Shown here: positions 1 through 13,282 of the stretch, piece by piece
Layout of the letters: each line of letters opens with the position of its first letter
Position numbering within the stretch: position 1 is the stretch's first letter
Origin: Eledone cirrhosa
Lineage: Eukaryota
Direction: 5' to 3'
DNA length: 64,000 bases
Assembly (NCBI GenBank): GCA_964016885.1
Contig: OZ024743.1
Location: 359,600,001-359,664,000, forward strand
Translations under genes and position numbers: made by a program
The notes under the pieces: model-generated
The model's database searches: none
The model's input: the letters and a program-made list of their open reading frames with translations, nothing else
Told to the model about the DNA's origin: nothing

Positions 1-365
1 CTTCCCTTGACCATTTTTCTCTCTTTTTCTTTGGATTTCTTGGTGGTGAGCATGGAGGGCCAACAGTAGGAGGTTATGGGAGGTCTCCAGCTCCGAAGTG
101 ATGGGAAGGTTTGAACCATTAGCTGATTTTTCGACCCCAGTCTGGTTCCTCTCTGAGGGACGCGGCCCTTTTTTACCCGGGTGACAGCCGATCCGGTATG
201 AGATTTTATCATTAGACATTTATTTTATTTTGTCGCGTTTTATCCTTATCCGCCAAGGGGTAATCATTTCGTGTTACCACTTCTAGAACGAGTGTCAACC
301 AAGACTAGAGGGGTCGTTCTCCCCTAGAGACACGGCTATTCCCCGCCGGCCGCCATCCCGGTATT
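1..365 (-). mobile_element. 5' end (structured 5' UTR plus N-terminal coding region) of a Dong/R4-like RLE non-LTR retrotransposon running off the left edge
   Basis: Minus strand has an ATG near 219 and a frameshifted ...PPRNPKKKREKWSRE that parallels PPPKPPQKAKPKRMKSARE of the 1392-3760 element; both share GCGTCCCTCAG. Confidence 0.55.
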
Positions 366-1347
366 TCTTGGTCACGGGGTTTTCTTTTTGTTGTTTTTTT
401 TTTAAATTGTTATTATCATGAGTGGTTCCTTAATGTGAGCATTGCGTGGCTTAAGAATGAAATTATTAATAATTGTCTCCACTCCAGGCACAAGGCCAGC
501 AATCACCCAGTGCATTACAATAATATAATATACTTTTTGCTGTAGTTGCCTGTTATTGTTGTTGGCTATGTCGGTGGTGGTGCCGGGGCTTTTTATATTG
601 TTGGTGAGGAAGGGGTGAGCCAGCAGTCCCATAGTTGTTGCTGTTGACGTTTGGCCGGTGGCCAGGTCACTAAGTCAATCTATTTATATCTTTTGCTAGC
701 CTCTCCCTTGTCTAGTGATACCGCCACCTTCCCCTTTCTCTCTCAAGTTAACAGGGGAATAGTGGTGGTAGCAATGAAGGAGTGGTGGCGGCGGCGATGG
801 GATAGTGGTAGCAAGATGATGGATGTGGTGGTGGCGGCGGTGGCGTTGTGGTTACTGGGTTTTGTGATATGTAGCATCTATGAGTTTGTGTTCGTATGTT
901 TAATATATATTGTGTTGACATATTCCCGTAAAATTGGGATTAAACATTAATAGTAATTATTATTATCATGCCGGGATTGAAGGTGGTGGTGGTGAAATTG
1001 CCGTTATTTGGCTGTTATATTTAGTGTGATGGGATAGGTGGTGTATCAACTTTCTGGTATTGGTGAAATTGCTGTTATTTGGCTGTTCTATATAGTGTAG
1101 ACAGAGGGTGTTTTCTTCCATTTATAACCATTTTCTTTTTTTGAATACAAAATATATAATACAAAATTGAATATTTGAGCGATATAACAATATAATATGG
1201 ATCCGAAATTGTATGGGAATTCATTCGGTGGATTATGCAACATTTGTACTAAGAATTGTTATTTCACAATTGATTTAAATATGTTAAAAATCAAAAACTT
1301 ACGGGAGCGATTTCATGACCTTCTACCACCTCGTGCGTCTTCTTCCC

Positions 1348-1391
<44 letters not shown>
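1348..1391. repeat. (TTA)n microsatellite, 3' tail/target of the Dong/R4-like element
   Basis: Direct read; abuts the element's 3' end. Confidence 0.9.
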
Positions 1392-1392
<1 letters not shown>

Positions 1393-3760
1393 TGCATTTA
1401 TCTTGCTTTATGTTAATATGAGTTATCTGAGATATATGCCGAGTGTCTTCCTGACACCTAGGTCAAATAAATTCACAGTGTGCATTGGTAAGCCAGTTAA
1501 TACAACACATTGATTATAAAAAAAAATCGGTATACATATATACACATGTGCATATGCATATGTAAATACAAGGAGGGATATCAATCTTACAGAGATAGTG
1601 TTCTGCTCAATACGTGTGCAGTACCAGTCAAAACAATTTTTTGCACCTCCTGCAGAGAGGGTAAACCAGGAATCATTCATGTTCTGTTCCTTTCTTGATC
1701 ATTCCCAGTCCTCCAACAATCACTGGTATTGTAACGGCCTTGATGTGCCACATGTTCTCAATTTCAATAAGCAGATCTTTATATTTTCGTAGCTTGTCAA
1801 ATTCTATTGCCGTGATATTGTGATCACATGGGATGCTCATATCTATCAATAAACAGACCTTGTTATGTTGATCTTTTATAATGATGTCAGGTCTATTTGC
1901 TTTTATGGTCCTGTCAGTATGTACAGGAAAGTCCCAGATAATTGTTACTTTTTCTCCTTCAGTTACAGCCTCAAGGTGATGATTGTACCAGTTGTCTTCA
2001 GCTTTGATTTTGTAATGCCGACATATTACCCAGTGTAGATATTGGCCAACTCTGTCATGTCTATATTTATATTCTACTGGTGCTAAAACTTTACATCCAG
2101 AGACTAAGTGGTCCACTGTTTCAACCTCAGCATTGCAGAATCGGCACTTTGGGTTTATTTCGTTTCTCATCACATTGGCCTGGTAATTACGAGTCAATAA
2201 GCTTTGACCTTGGGCAGCTAAGATGAAGCTTTCACTCTCCGCCTTTAGCCATGAACTACGTAGCCACTGATGGGTGTGCTTTTGGTCAACATCAGCTTGT
2301 TTGCTACGGGTCACAAATTTGCCATGCAGAGGTTTCTGCTCCCAATTTGATGCTAATTGTCCTTGTCCTTTTGCTTTTGTCAGTGATTTTATGTGCCTAG
2401 CAGCATCAGTTACAACAGTTTCTTTAGTCTGTCCAGCCTGGGTATCAAGCAAGAGATCAGTAGCATATGTTTTGCTCTCCTTCAAGATGAAGCTTCTTCT
2501 CTCATGCTTTTCAACAAATTTCAGCATACAGTCGTTAGTTGTTTCAAGCTATTTGGCCAGTCCAATGATGGCGGTCTTGTAAGCAAGTTCAAATTGGATC
2601 AGGCCACGGCCTCCTTGAGTTCTAGGAAGGTAAAGACGATCCACATCTGGTTTTCGGTGGTGCATCCTATTACAGGTCAGTAGCTTACAGACTATGGTGT
2701 CGATTCTTTTGGTTTCACTCATATTCTAGTTCAACACACCGAAGCTATAAGTGACAACTCAATCAATAAAGATATTTCTGCTCTCATTACGTCAACTCCT
2801 TTTCGATTCTACTCCTCCAAATTGGTTTACCACGAATGTTCGACTTTTTTTTTGTGGTAAACAACTTGTTTCAATTACTCTAGCAGATGCGTAAATGATT
2901 TCATTTAACTCAGTAAGATCAGGTTCAAGTTATTCTATGATTTCTTTTGTCACAGAATTACCAATCATTGTTTGTTTTCTATTTTGGATTGTATTTGGGA
3001 GTTTTTGAAACGGTTCTCTATCATTTATACTAGAATGTCTTACTACTGCAAGCTCATTCAGTATTTTTTGCTTTAATTCCTTCATAGTGTCCCTGTGTTC
3101 TTCAGCAGATGTTTGGTTTTCAATTATTGTTTCTAAGTCCCTCTCCTCTCCTGGCTATTTTCAGCGGGTTGGGCTTCTCATTTCTACAAACCTATTTGTG
3201 ATTTGGTCAGATGTAGGTCTTTCAGCAAAGACTTGTGACTGGTTACTATCTCCAGGAGATTATTCAGTTCTTTCATCATTTATATTTATGTCAATCTCCA
3301 CAGCCTGCTTGATCGCAGTTAGTTCAGAGTCTGTGAGTCTATTATTTCTGAAGATATACCTCCTTACATTTACCAACTTATTTCCATCCATATCACATCT
3401 GCTAGCTTGATTCCGAGTTTTCCAGAGTTTGTAGAAGTTTAAAGTGTGTCTGTCTTGTGATGGCTTACCTAATGCATAGTAATATGCATATATTACTTCT
3501 TTATACTGTTCTCGGGCCGATTTCATCCGTTTAGGTTTTTCTTTTTGAGGTGGTTTGGGTGGTGGATCTGGAGGGCTCGAGTTGGGGGCAATCCCCGATC
3601 AAGTGACCATCCAGGTCCATAATTGGAGAAGAGTTTGTGCCAGAGGAGGAGTTTTCGAGCACAGGTTGGCACCTTCCTGAGGGACGCGCTTCCTGATTAT
3701 GAAAAGCGATTTGGTATTGTGTATTAATTTTTATTTGTTCATCTCGCAGTACATGCTTGC
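1392..3760 (-). mobile_element. Dong/R4-clade RLE non-LTR retrotransposon, internally deleted (no RT core)
   Basis: N-terminal QYKEVIYAYYYA (3260-3526) is joined near 2760 to the post-RT region (YSFGVLN, DRLYLPRTQGGRGL), then CCHC knuckle and RLE endonuclease; ends in (TAA)n. Confidence 0.8.
1673..2527 (-). pseudogene. C-terminal CCHC zinc knuckle plus restriction-like endonuclease of the R4/Dong element
   Basis: CRFCNAEVETVDHLVSGC, RHD, RPDIII..LLIDMSIP, KLRKYKDL motifs. Confidence 0.85.
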
Positions 3761-4509
3761 GTTACGCATGGTATTGGACGTACGCATGGTATTGGACGTA
3801 CATGGAAAGTTGCCCGGCTCTTTGGGTAGTGAATTTGCTGGCTGGCACTGAGATCATTATTACTATTATAACAGTATAGTTATGGTCATTGCTGTTGTTG
3901 ATTGAGGTGATATTGATATGCTTGCAGCTGTAAGAGGTGTACGAGAATTTTCTCAAATGTTCTTTTGGTGTGAGTGGTGTTGTGGTGGTGGCAGGGAGAT
4001 TGATGCTGGGGGTGAGGGTGCTGGGAGGAGAAGTGGTTAGGGTGACATTGTTGCTTATAGGAGTTGCTTCTCCGATGTTATTTTCTGTCTATTTTGAGTT
4101 TGAGGTGTAAATGGGTTGATAGTATTCTTTTTTTCTTCCCCTTTGTATTGTTCTTTATGTGGGCTCAATACACATACATCAATATACATTCACACGTGCA
4201 TACTTATACATACGTATGTACATACACACATATATATACACCCACACATTAGACACTGAGAAGTGAGGTAGGTAGCAGTCAGTGACAGTAGTCTAAAAAT
4301 AGGTTGGGGGTTTACTGGGGTGAATGTGTGAGGGAGTGGTTGTGAATGTGGTGGTGGGAGAGAGAAGTGATCTTTCAACTGTCCATTTTCCTTTCAAAAT
4401 CTGAAATTTAGCCACAATCGACCAAAATGTGAAAAAAAAAATTGTATTGGGGAAATATTTAAAAATATATATGTACCCTTCACATCTTCAGCCACAGAGA
4501 TGATTGCAT

Positions 4510-4850
4510 AATAACTGTTTCTACTATTGGCACAAGGCCAGCAATAAACCAGTACATTACTGGTACTTTATTTTATCGACCCCGTAAGGATGAAAGGCAA
4601 AGTTAACCTAGGCGGGATTTGAACTCAGAATGGCAAGGACCGTAACTCTATGCGTCAAAGCATGGCGTCCGACCCTCTACCGATACTGCCAATTCATAAT
4701 TGTTTCTACTTTTGGCACAAGGCCAGCAATTACCCAGTACATTACTGGTACTTTATTTTATCGACCCCGTAAGGATGAAAGGCAAAGTTAACCTCGGCGG
4801 GATTTGAACTCAGAATGGCAAGGGCCGTAACTCTATGCGTCAAAGCATAA
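4510..4850 (-). mobile_element. Two tandem tRNA-derived SINE copies (short subfamily)
   Basis: Minus strand: A-box TTGGCAGTATCGG (first copy only), B-box GAGTTCAAATCCC, body CCTTTCATCCTTACGGGGTCGATAAAATAAAGTACCAG, tail TAGAAACA(A/G)TTAT. Confidence 0.85.
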
Positions 4851-4943
4851 TAACAAGCATAATGCCAATTCATAATAACAAGTGACGATCGGTCACCGGC
4901 ACAGGACAGCTTAAATCGGACCGTTTGTTTACAAACTGATCGA

Positions 4944-5123
4944 TTGGCAGTATCGGTAGAGGGTTGGCCGCCATGCTGTCTAGCATAGTTACGTCCCTTT
5001 ACAGTCTGAGTTCAAATCCCGTCGAGGTTAACTTTACCTTTCATCGTTACGGGGGCGATAAAATAAAGTACCAGTAATGTACTGGGTATTTGCTGGCCTT
5101 GTGCAAAAAGTAGAAACAATTAT
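4944..5123 (+). mobile_element. tRNA-derived SINE
   Basis: Same family; A and B boxes plus tail. Confidence 0.85.
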
Positions 5124-5350
5124 TAATGTTCGATATAACCCATACATACATATGTATAAATGTGTGTATGTGTGCATACTTACATTTATGTATTAGATGT
5201 GCTAAGGCAAGAAATATAATTCTAATTTTATTTTTAATATTCGGCAAGGCCAGCCGTAACGCGTTTGGTATGCAAATGAGGCTACTCAGCTGATGTGTAC
5301 TTAAGAAAGTACTATATATTTTCAACCGTTCAACAAACTGGCAGAGGTAT

Positions 5351-5393
5351 ATAGTCCTGATGAAGGGTAACGACCCAGAAACATGTTGATTGT
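5351..5393 (+). ncRNA. Minimal type I hammerhead ribozyme motif (PLE pseudo-LTR type)
   Basis: ATAGTC-CTGATGA-A-GGGT(AACG)ACCC-A-GAAAC-AT-GTT-GATTGT; stem I ATAGTC/GATTGT with GU pairs; palindromic stem III. Confidence 0.75.
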
Positions 5394-5588
5394 TCCTCAA
5401 GGTCACTGTTGAACAAACAGGTGATGATCAATCACTGTCACGGCACTGCTTCAAATCTGGCCGTTTGTTTACAAACGAATCGAACATTATTATTAGTGTT
5501 AGATATAACCCATACCTACAAATGTATATATGTGTGCGTATGTATATATATATGTGCATATATATATATGTGTGTACGCGTGCACAAT

Positions 5589-5655
<67 letters not shown>

Positions 5656-5989
5656 CAAAGAGGGTATGGTAAGATACCAGGTGGACCATAACGCACCAGA
5701 ATACTCAATACTAAGGTTAGTAGGATGTGAAATAGGAGAAGAGTCAAGAACCAAACTGAGTTGGTATCTAGCTGTCGAAACGGCCAGGGCTAATCCGTCA
5801 GCGTCCTGACCCTTTTCATATATATATATATTCCCTCTGACCACTTGCATCTCCAGATTTATTTACCGTTGTCTCTCCCCATGCACCTACTTTCTCAAAC
5901 AAAGCACTACAAACACCAGTGACCTATTTTTTCACACCCTACAAAGTTTACTACTTCCCTGTAAAGGCTTGCCTTACACTCCTGATACA

Positions 5990-6220
5990 GTCGAAAGTGC
6001 GCTGTAATGATATACGGCGTTTCTTGGGAATTTTAAGCCTGCCTGAGTATAGCATATAGAAAAAGATAGATCAGTACTAGACTGATACTTTTTTATCGAC
6101 CTCGAAAGCATGAAAGGCAAAGTTGATATAGGCGTGATTTGAATTCAAAGAGCAGTGAGCCGGAATGAATACCATAAAGCATTCTATCCGACGTTCTAAC
6201 GACTCTGATAATTCGCTGCC
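5990..6220 (-). mobile_element. Diverged tRNA-SINE copy
   Basis: TTTTATCGACCTCGAAAGCATGAAAGGCAAAGTTGA..GATTTGAATTC match to the family. Confidence 0.65.
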
Positions 6221-6246
6221 TGCTATATATAAATAAACCTACATAC

Positions 6247-6900
6247 ATCTACTACAGAAATGGCAATTTCTGTCTGTCTGTGTGTCTGTGTATAACCAGT
6301 TGGCGCCTACACCTGTGATCCAATCATGATGACATTGTACACACTTGTTAAGCTAATATTCAGAAACAGGACTGGTTAAGTAGATTTTTAAAAAAATCAA
6401 TGGAGGATGAAAGAGATGACGTGTCAGTGAGAGAAGGGGAAGAGGAGATAATACACACTGTATGTTAAACCCTCTATCCCACTCCTCCCCTTCCTCTTCC
6501 CACAGCTCAGTCCTCCAAAACGAGGTAACGATTTATTAGAAATTTACATGAAAAAATGTCAATCAAAGCAGACGACAATGCGCATTCCTGATTGTTCTTC
6601 ATTCTGTAGAGAAAGAGATAGAGAGAAAGAGAGAGAGGGTTTGAGAAAAAAGAAAGGTAAGGGTCGAGAAGTAAGAAAGAGAGTGAGGGGGATTGCTGAG
6701 TGGAGAAAATTATAGCAACGTTCAATAAATTTAACCTTTATTTATTTATTCTTTACACTGTTTAATTCTACCCCTTTCTCAACCTTACGTTTTTTCTCTC
6801 TTTATTTCACACAAGACGTACTCTGACTGTGTGTGTGTATGTATGTGTGTGTGTTGAGTGTGTCTGGGGAAGTTATAATGTCCGCACACACGCACACACA
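6247..6900 (+). mobile_element. Non-autonomous repeat with Helitron-like 5' end; second copy at 11896-13200
   Basis: A|TCTACTACAGAAA start followed by (CTGT)n; long similarity to 11896-12218 plus 12811-13200. Confidence 0.55.
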
Positions 6901-7001
6901 CACACATATATATATATATTTATTAAAATAGCATAATTAATATATGAACCCGGGATACACACACGCACACACACACATATATATATATATACACACACAC
7001 G

Positions 7002-7056
<55 letters not shown>

Positions 7057-7198
7057 ATATGTGGGTGTCTGTGACCTATATACTCTTGTCACACGCACAC
7101 ACATATACACACACATATACACACACACACAGGCGCGAGCGTGCGCACACACACGCGCACACACATCTATATATATATATATACACACATATGTATAT

Positions 7199-7429
7199 AT
7201 TAGGTAGTAACGTGCTTTCGCCGTATTTGACTACATAGAATTAGTGTGTTAGTTGGGATTAAAAAAAAAACCTCATGGGTTGCGTATTGGTGTAATGTAA
7301 CTCATTGGTCCGGAAACCAAAAATGTGGGTTCGTGTCCCATTTTTCCATTCAGAGGGTTTTTTAAAACCCCAACTAACAGACTAATTCTATTTAGTCAAT
7401 TACCGCGTAAGCACATATTACTACCTAAT
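7199..7429. mobile_element. Fold-back/MITE-like element with ~60-70 bp terminal inverted repeats around a tRNA-like core
   Basis: ATTAGGTAGTAA..GAATTAGTGTGTTAGTTGGG versus CCCAACTAACAGACTAATTC..TTACTACCTAAT. Confidence 0.7.
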
Positions 7430-7846
7430 TTTCAAATTCGCTAGCCGTTTGTAGACAACGGCTTTGTGTCTCGCTATTTACACACACACACACACACACA
7501 CATGTATATATATATATACACACAGACATCCTGTCCTAAAACAAGTTATATGATACATATGACTTAATATTCAGTCACCAAATTCGAGTTAGATAGCGTA
7601 ATGCTGTATTCGATTCTTTGAAGTCACGTGTTATATTTTCATTCAACAACACCACCAGCTTTCTCTCTCTCGCTCTTTCATTTTCCTTCTCTGTCTCCTT
7701 CTCCCTCTATATCCCCTGTCCACTTATCTAACCGACAAAAATCACCCATGCATATATTTTCTGTTTGTATATGTGTCTATATATATGTATGTGTGAGTAT
7801 ACATATATACATATATATATATAAATACATATATATATATATATAT

Positions 7847-8815
7847 GGAAAAACCACGTGACAGCAGCAGTTTTACTGCTACTATTCACACTCGATCGCA
7901 TAACGAAAGCCCTGTTGATAAAGTTAATCCACTGTTCGATCATCCAAGTGGAATTGTTGATTTCGGATTCATAGAAACCTATCGGTGATATTGCATGATA
8001 TCGCTGGGATGGTCCAGTTTTGCCAAAATATCCTGAGTTGGTTTACTCGTTGCTTTGGTCCTTGTGCCTGGCTCACCCGTCTTAGTCTTCAATTTGTCAA
8101 GCTATCTAAACTATGTCATTACTCTAAGATGACACTACCTTATCGAGTGCTTCGCTGCACATTCCGGATTACATATCGTTAGCTTGACCACAGCCACACA
8201 TCGATTTTACTGAACTTCCATTTGTATTATTATCTCCTAGACTTAATGATTAACTAATTAATCTAATTAGACAATTCTATTGGTTGGTTAATTATTTATG
8301 TTTGTTAAATAACGTCTAGTCGAGAGCTTTATTCGGTTTGTGGAAAGGTATTTATTCCTTTGTTCAAAATTTGAATTTCGAACGCCAAAACCGGGCGTTA
8401 CCTCCCCTTGGGAAAAACCACGTGACAGCCAGCAGTTTTACTGCTACAATTCACACGCGATCGTGGCACAGAACGGAAGCCCTGTTGATAAAGCGAATCC
8501 ACTGTTCGATCATCCAAAACCAAAGCTTGCATATTGCGGAAGTTGAATTGTTGATTTCTGAATTGATAGAAACCTATCGGAGATATTGCATAATATCGCC
8601 GAGATGGTCCAGGTTTGTCAAAATATCCTGAGTTGGTTTTCTCGTGGTTTTGGTCCTTGTGGATGGCTCAATGTCGCAGTCTTCAATTTGTCAAGGTTTC
8701 TAAACGTATGTTATTACTCTAAGGTGACACTATCTTATGGAGTGCTTTCCTGCACTTTTCGGGTTGCATATCCTTAGCTTGGCCACAGCCAGAGTTCGAT
8801 TTCACTGAACTTCCA
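7847..8815. repeat. Diverged tandem duplication (~560-bp period) of an unclassified repeat
   Basis: GGAAAAACCACGTGACAGC...TTAGCTTG(A/G)CCACAGCCA...ACTGAACTTCCAT occurs at 7848-8220 and 8411-8816. Confidence 0.8.
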
Positions 8816-8860
8816 TGTGTATATACATATATATATATAATATATGTATATATATATATG

Positions 8861-8978
<118 letters not shown>

Positions 8979-9014
8979 AATTACATGAATCAAAGTTCTG
9001 TTTAAATCATTTAT

Positions 9015-9063
9015 TTGCTTACAATTGTTTCTTCCAAACCGAGGTTTGGAGTCTTCGGAGCAA
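9015..9063 (-). ncRNA. Minimal hammerhead motif, CCGAAGA core variant
   Basis: TTGCT-CCGAAGA-C-TCCAAACC(TC)GGTTTGGA-A-GAAAC-AATT-GTA-AGCAA, then AATAAA and a tail into (TC)n(TA)n. Confidence 0.7.
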
Positions 9064-10774
9064 TTATTCAGTGATTTTTTACATACTTGACCTCCTTTTC
9101 AACACAAGAGACATATAGAAACATATGTATATATTGACCCACAGTGGGTTGACATCCATTATAATAATATAGCATGGCAATTTACATACAAAGATTACAG
9201 TCATATTAAAGGACAAAATTAAAGTTAAAATAAAAATAAAAACAAAACATTGGCAGTTTACGAAGATAAAGCAAGAGGATAGTTTGGAGTAGCCAGTGTA
9301 TGCAACAGTCACACGTGAGGCATGCACGCGTGTACTATTTATACAAGATTATATTGCGGCAGATTGTTGCATGTAAAACAAGCAGTCACAGCAGGCAATC
9401 AAGAGCATCATGGGGGCTGTACTGGTAAAGCATTTTTCACACACACCTGTACGATATAGAAGCCCGTGTGTAGAGAAACACCAAAATATCAAAAATATTA
9501 CAAATGAGAAGCAAAACAGCACCACTGTCCTCGCACACACCACCTCTCCCACAATCCAGAAAACGTAATTTATAGACTACATGTCCATCACACAATCCAC
9601 GATGATTCAACATTGGGTGCCTGGTGAACCATCCATGTTAGAACATCACAGCTTGTCGTTCTCTAATTCGATTCTATAGAGCAGGTTGTTTATATTGTGA
9701 GAGTTGACATCGTATTATATTCGGGAAGTGTGTGTGTGATTAAGGGGATTTAATGGATAAGGGGAGGTAACTAGCTGATTTCTATAGCTAAATTTATTAT
9801 CCTAAAGTATATTAATGGTGTCTCAAATGAGTCCCTATCATATAAGGTTATAAACAATTTCTAAATTTAAGTATCTTATCTATAAATTACAGTGTAGTCT
9901 ATCAAGAAGTACTAAAGGTGTTCATATTAGGATGATTACCTTCTATCATAGAGTGCCACAACCGAATATTCTACATGAAGAGTCATCCCCAAATCAATGA
10001 TCTTTGTAAGTGTAGTCCACCCGCAGAACCTGGCAGGGTCTTATTAGAATCACTTCTATATATGACTCCTGGTAAGCTCTGGGTCATTGCATGTCTGATT
10101 GCATGGCGAAATTAAATATCACTAGGGTAGTCTAGAGATCAATTCTCACTTACAATGACACTAATCTGACCATCAAGTCATACATGTATGTATAACTCAT
10201 ACATCACCTGTACATAATTCATTGCACTCAGCATATAGATTATATAGCTCTTTTATGTTAATAAATTAATTACTTAATCATCCATTTATCCAATGATGGC
10301 ACTCCATACACAGGACAATGTTAGCACAACCAATTCCGTGCTTAAAGTTTACATTAATTATATATTGGTGTAATGTAGTCTAAGTAATTGAAGGCTAATA
10401 TACCAAAAGTAGAAGTACATGGGGATATCTCTAGGGTAAAAGGTACTAGGAGGATGTCACTATTTGCGTTAAAGTGGATTAATGGGTGTGGAGATGAGGT
10501 GTAAGGTGTGCCCCTGATGTTTGTTGCTAGAAGTGGTGACGGGTTCAAGTCTGACATTGTTATATATTGGGTTTAAAGTTTTGGAAGGAGTGTCGGAAGC
10601 GGTGTTGGCAAGACGCGAACACTTCTGATGTTTTATTAAGGAGGTTATGGTTTGAGAAGTTGAGAGTTATGGCAAGGGCCGTAACTCTATGCGTCAAAGC
10701 ATGGCATCCGACCCTCTACCGATACTGCCAATTAGATAATACTATATATATATATATATACATACATACATACA

Positions 10775-10810
<36 letters not shown>

Positions 10811-10813
10811 TAC

Positions 10814-10896
<83 letters not shown>

Positions 10897-11895
10897 ATAC
10901 ATTAACAGAGAAAGCTTAAAGCTTCAAGCTATACTCTGACTGGCTTCCATTTTCACTCAACAAACATTAGGATATACCTTAGTATAATCCCAATTTTACG
11001 TTTGGGGTGCTAACTATATGTATTTTGTGGATAGCCAGTTGTATTATTTTATATGAGACATAATTAAAATACATCTCCCTTTCCAAACAATTGCTTCATT
11101 ATAAGTTTTCTACAAGTTGGGAAAATGTGTCCAGGTTATGCAGAAGCCTGCACATATTCCGTAGGAATATATGTAGGTGGGCACGTATAAATCATCAGTG
11201 GATGCCCGTCAAACATCGATATAAAAAAAACCTTTTTACCGATATTCAATGTCCAACGATGTTCCCTCTCCGTATCAGAATGACCGCCAAATTTGAAATT
11301 CCAGCAGTCTCAGAATGAGAAATTTCACACTGTCATCTAGCGGAAAGGGGAGGTCATCGCGAAACATAATAAAATAATATGCACGCGGGTCAATTAATTT
11401 TTTCAATAATTTTAACTTTGCGTGTGAAGAACTCAATTAGATTTAAAAAAAATAAATATATGCATGTATTATTTATACACGCATATAGGTATTTTCTTAG
11501 GCTAAAATCAGAGATAAGATACCAGAACAACAATCAATATTTCATAGTAATAATAAATACGGAAAGTTACACTTAAAAGGTATCTGGAAATATTCATCTC
11601 TGGCCAAATCATGAGTATAATATTTAATACATTAACAGAGAATATATATATATGTATAGGTGTACCATAACTATATAGACGTAAGTATTGACAATCGAAT
11701 AGAACCATATTTGGCTGTAATATCACTTTGAAACATAAATTAAATTCTTCTTTAACCTAGATGAATCTATAATCATTTCAATAAATATTAATATAAAGTT
11801 TGATTAGGTTACCGACTCATTAATCATTTCCCAGAATATTTAAACAAGTGAAAACGATGATGGTGGTGTTAAAAATTATATTAACGTTACTTTCC

Positions 11896-13076
11896 TCTAC
11901 TATATAAATCGCAATTTCTCTCTGCCTGTGTATCTGTGTATCTGTGTATAGCCAGTTGGCGCTTTCACCAGTGATCCGATCCTGATGAAACTTTACACAC
12001 ATGTTAAGCTAATATTCAGAAAGAAGACTGGCGAATCGGATTTCAATAAAAATCAATAATGGAAAACCTGGGGACATCTTTAGAATGGAGGAGGAAAGAG
12101 AAGACATTTCAGTGAGAGAGGGGGAAGAGGTGATACTACTACTGTATGTTAACCCATCCTCCCACTACTCCTCTTCGTCCTACCACAACTCAGTCCTTCA
12201 AAACGAGGCAACAACTTATCTATATATATAAAGCTGTGGTTGTCTGTCTGTCTATCGATTTTTGGCACACATCTCCTCTTAGAATCTCTGACGGAATTGC
12301 ACCGAAATTGCTATACTTGTACATTGAGCCCTAGCGAAGGCATCGGAAAAAAATATTTCAAATTGACCCAACCTATGTGACGAAATCGAATCTAATGTAT
12401 CGATTTTTGAGCGTAAGTGACGAGTTATTTCCCTTTGTTCTGTTTACTTTGAGCGTCTTACGTTCTGTTACGATACACGAACAGTTGTCGAGCCAGCAAA
12501 ATTTTGACCTGCAAAATTCATCAGTTCGAACACTAAACTTCCGTTTTGCTTTATTTCCATTTAAAAGCTTTTTAAAACAATATTTTTATTTGAAAACAAG
12601 TCTATTTAAAGACTACGTAAAACAAGCAAATATTTCGTTAAAAAAAGCAAAAATTATATAAGTTTATTTTAAATATATGTATCTGTAAATTTCGTTAGGC
12701 GTGCAGACAGACAGTCGTGCAGACAGACTTTAAGCCAAAAAAGAAACTTAACATTGTAACTTTAACACAGCTACTGAGCGACCCCGAGCAACGCCGGGCT
12801 TTACTGCTAGTTAGAGATATACAACCAGAAATTTCCATTCTGTAGAGAAAGAGAGAGAGGGAATGAGAGAGAGAGTGAGAAAGAGAGAGAGTATGAGAAA
12901 AAAGAGAGAGCGGGGTTGAGAAAGAAAGAGAGTGAGGTGGATTGGGAAGGGGAGAAAATGATAGCAGCATTCGATAACTTTAATTTTTATTTATTTATTC
13001 TTTACACACTGTTTAACTCTCCCCCTTCCTCAACCGTAAGTCTCTTCTCTTTCGCTTTCACACAGGACGTACTGTG

Positions 13077-13158
<82 letters not shown>

Positions 13159-13200
13159 TTGTATGTGTCCGAGGAGGTAACAATGTCTGCACACATACAC
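11896..13200 (+). mobile_element. Second copy of the 6247-6900 repeat, interrupted by a Helitron
   Basis: TCTACTATATAAA start; similarity resumes after 12810. Confidence 0.6.
12219..12810 (+). mobile_element. Non-autonomous Helitron
   Basis: A|TCTATATATATAAA 5' end; subterminal hairpin CCCGAGCAACGCCGGG; CTAG|T 3' end; no TSD. Confidence 0.85.
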
Positions 13201-13282
13201 ACACACAAGCACACATCTATCTATCTATCTCCCTCTCTCTATATATATATATGTGTGTGTGTGTGCGTGCGTGTGTGTGCAA

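Noticed and set aside
7277-7345. Functional tRNA gene
   Set aside because: The acceptor stem and anticodon loop do not form a proper cloverleaf; treated as tRNA-like only.
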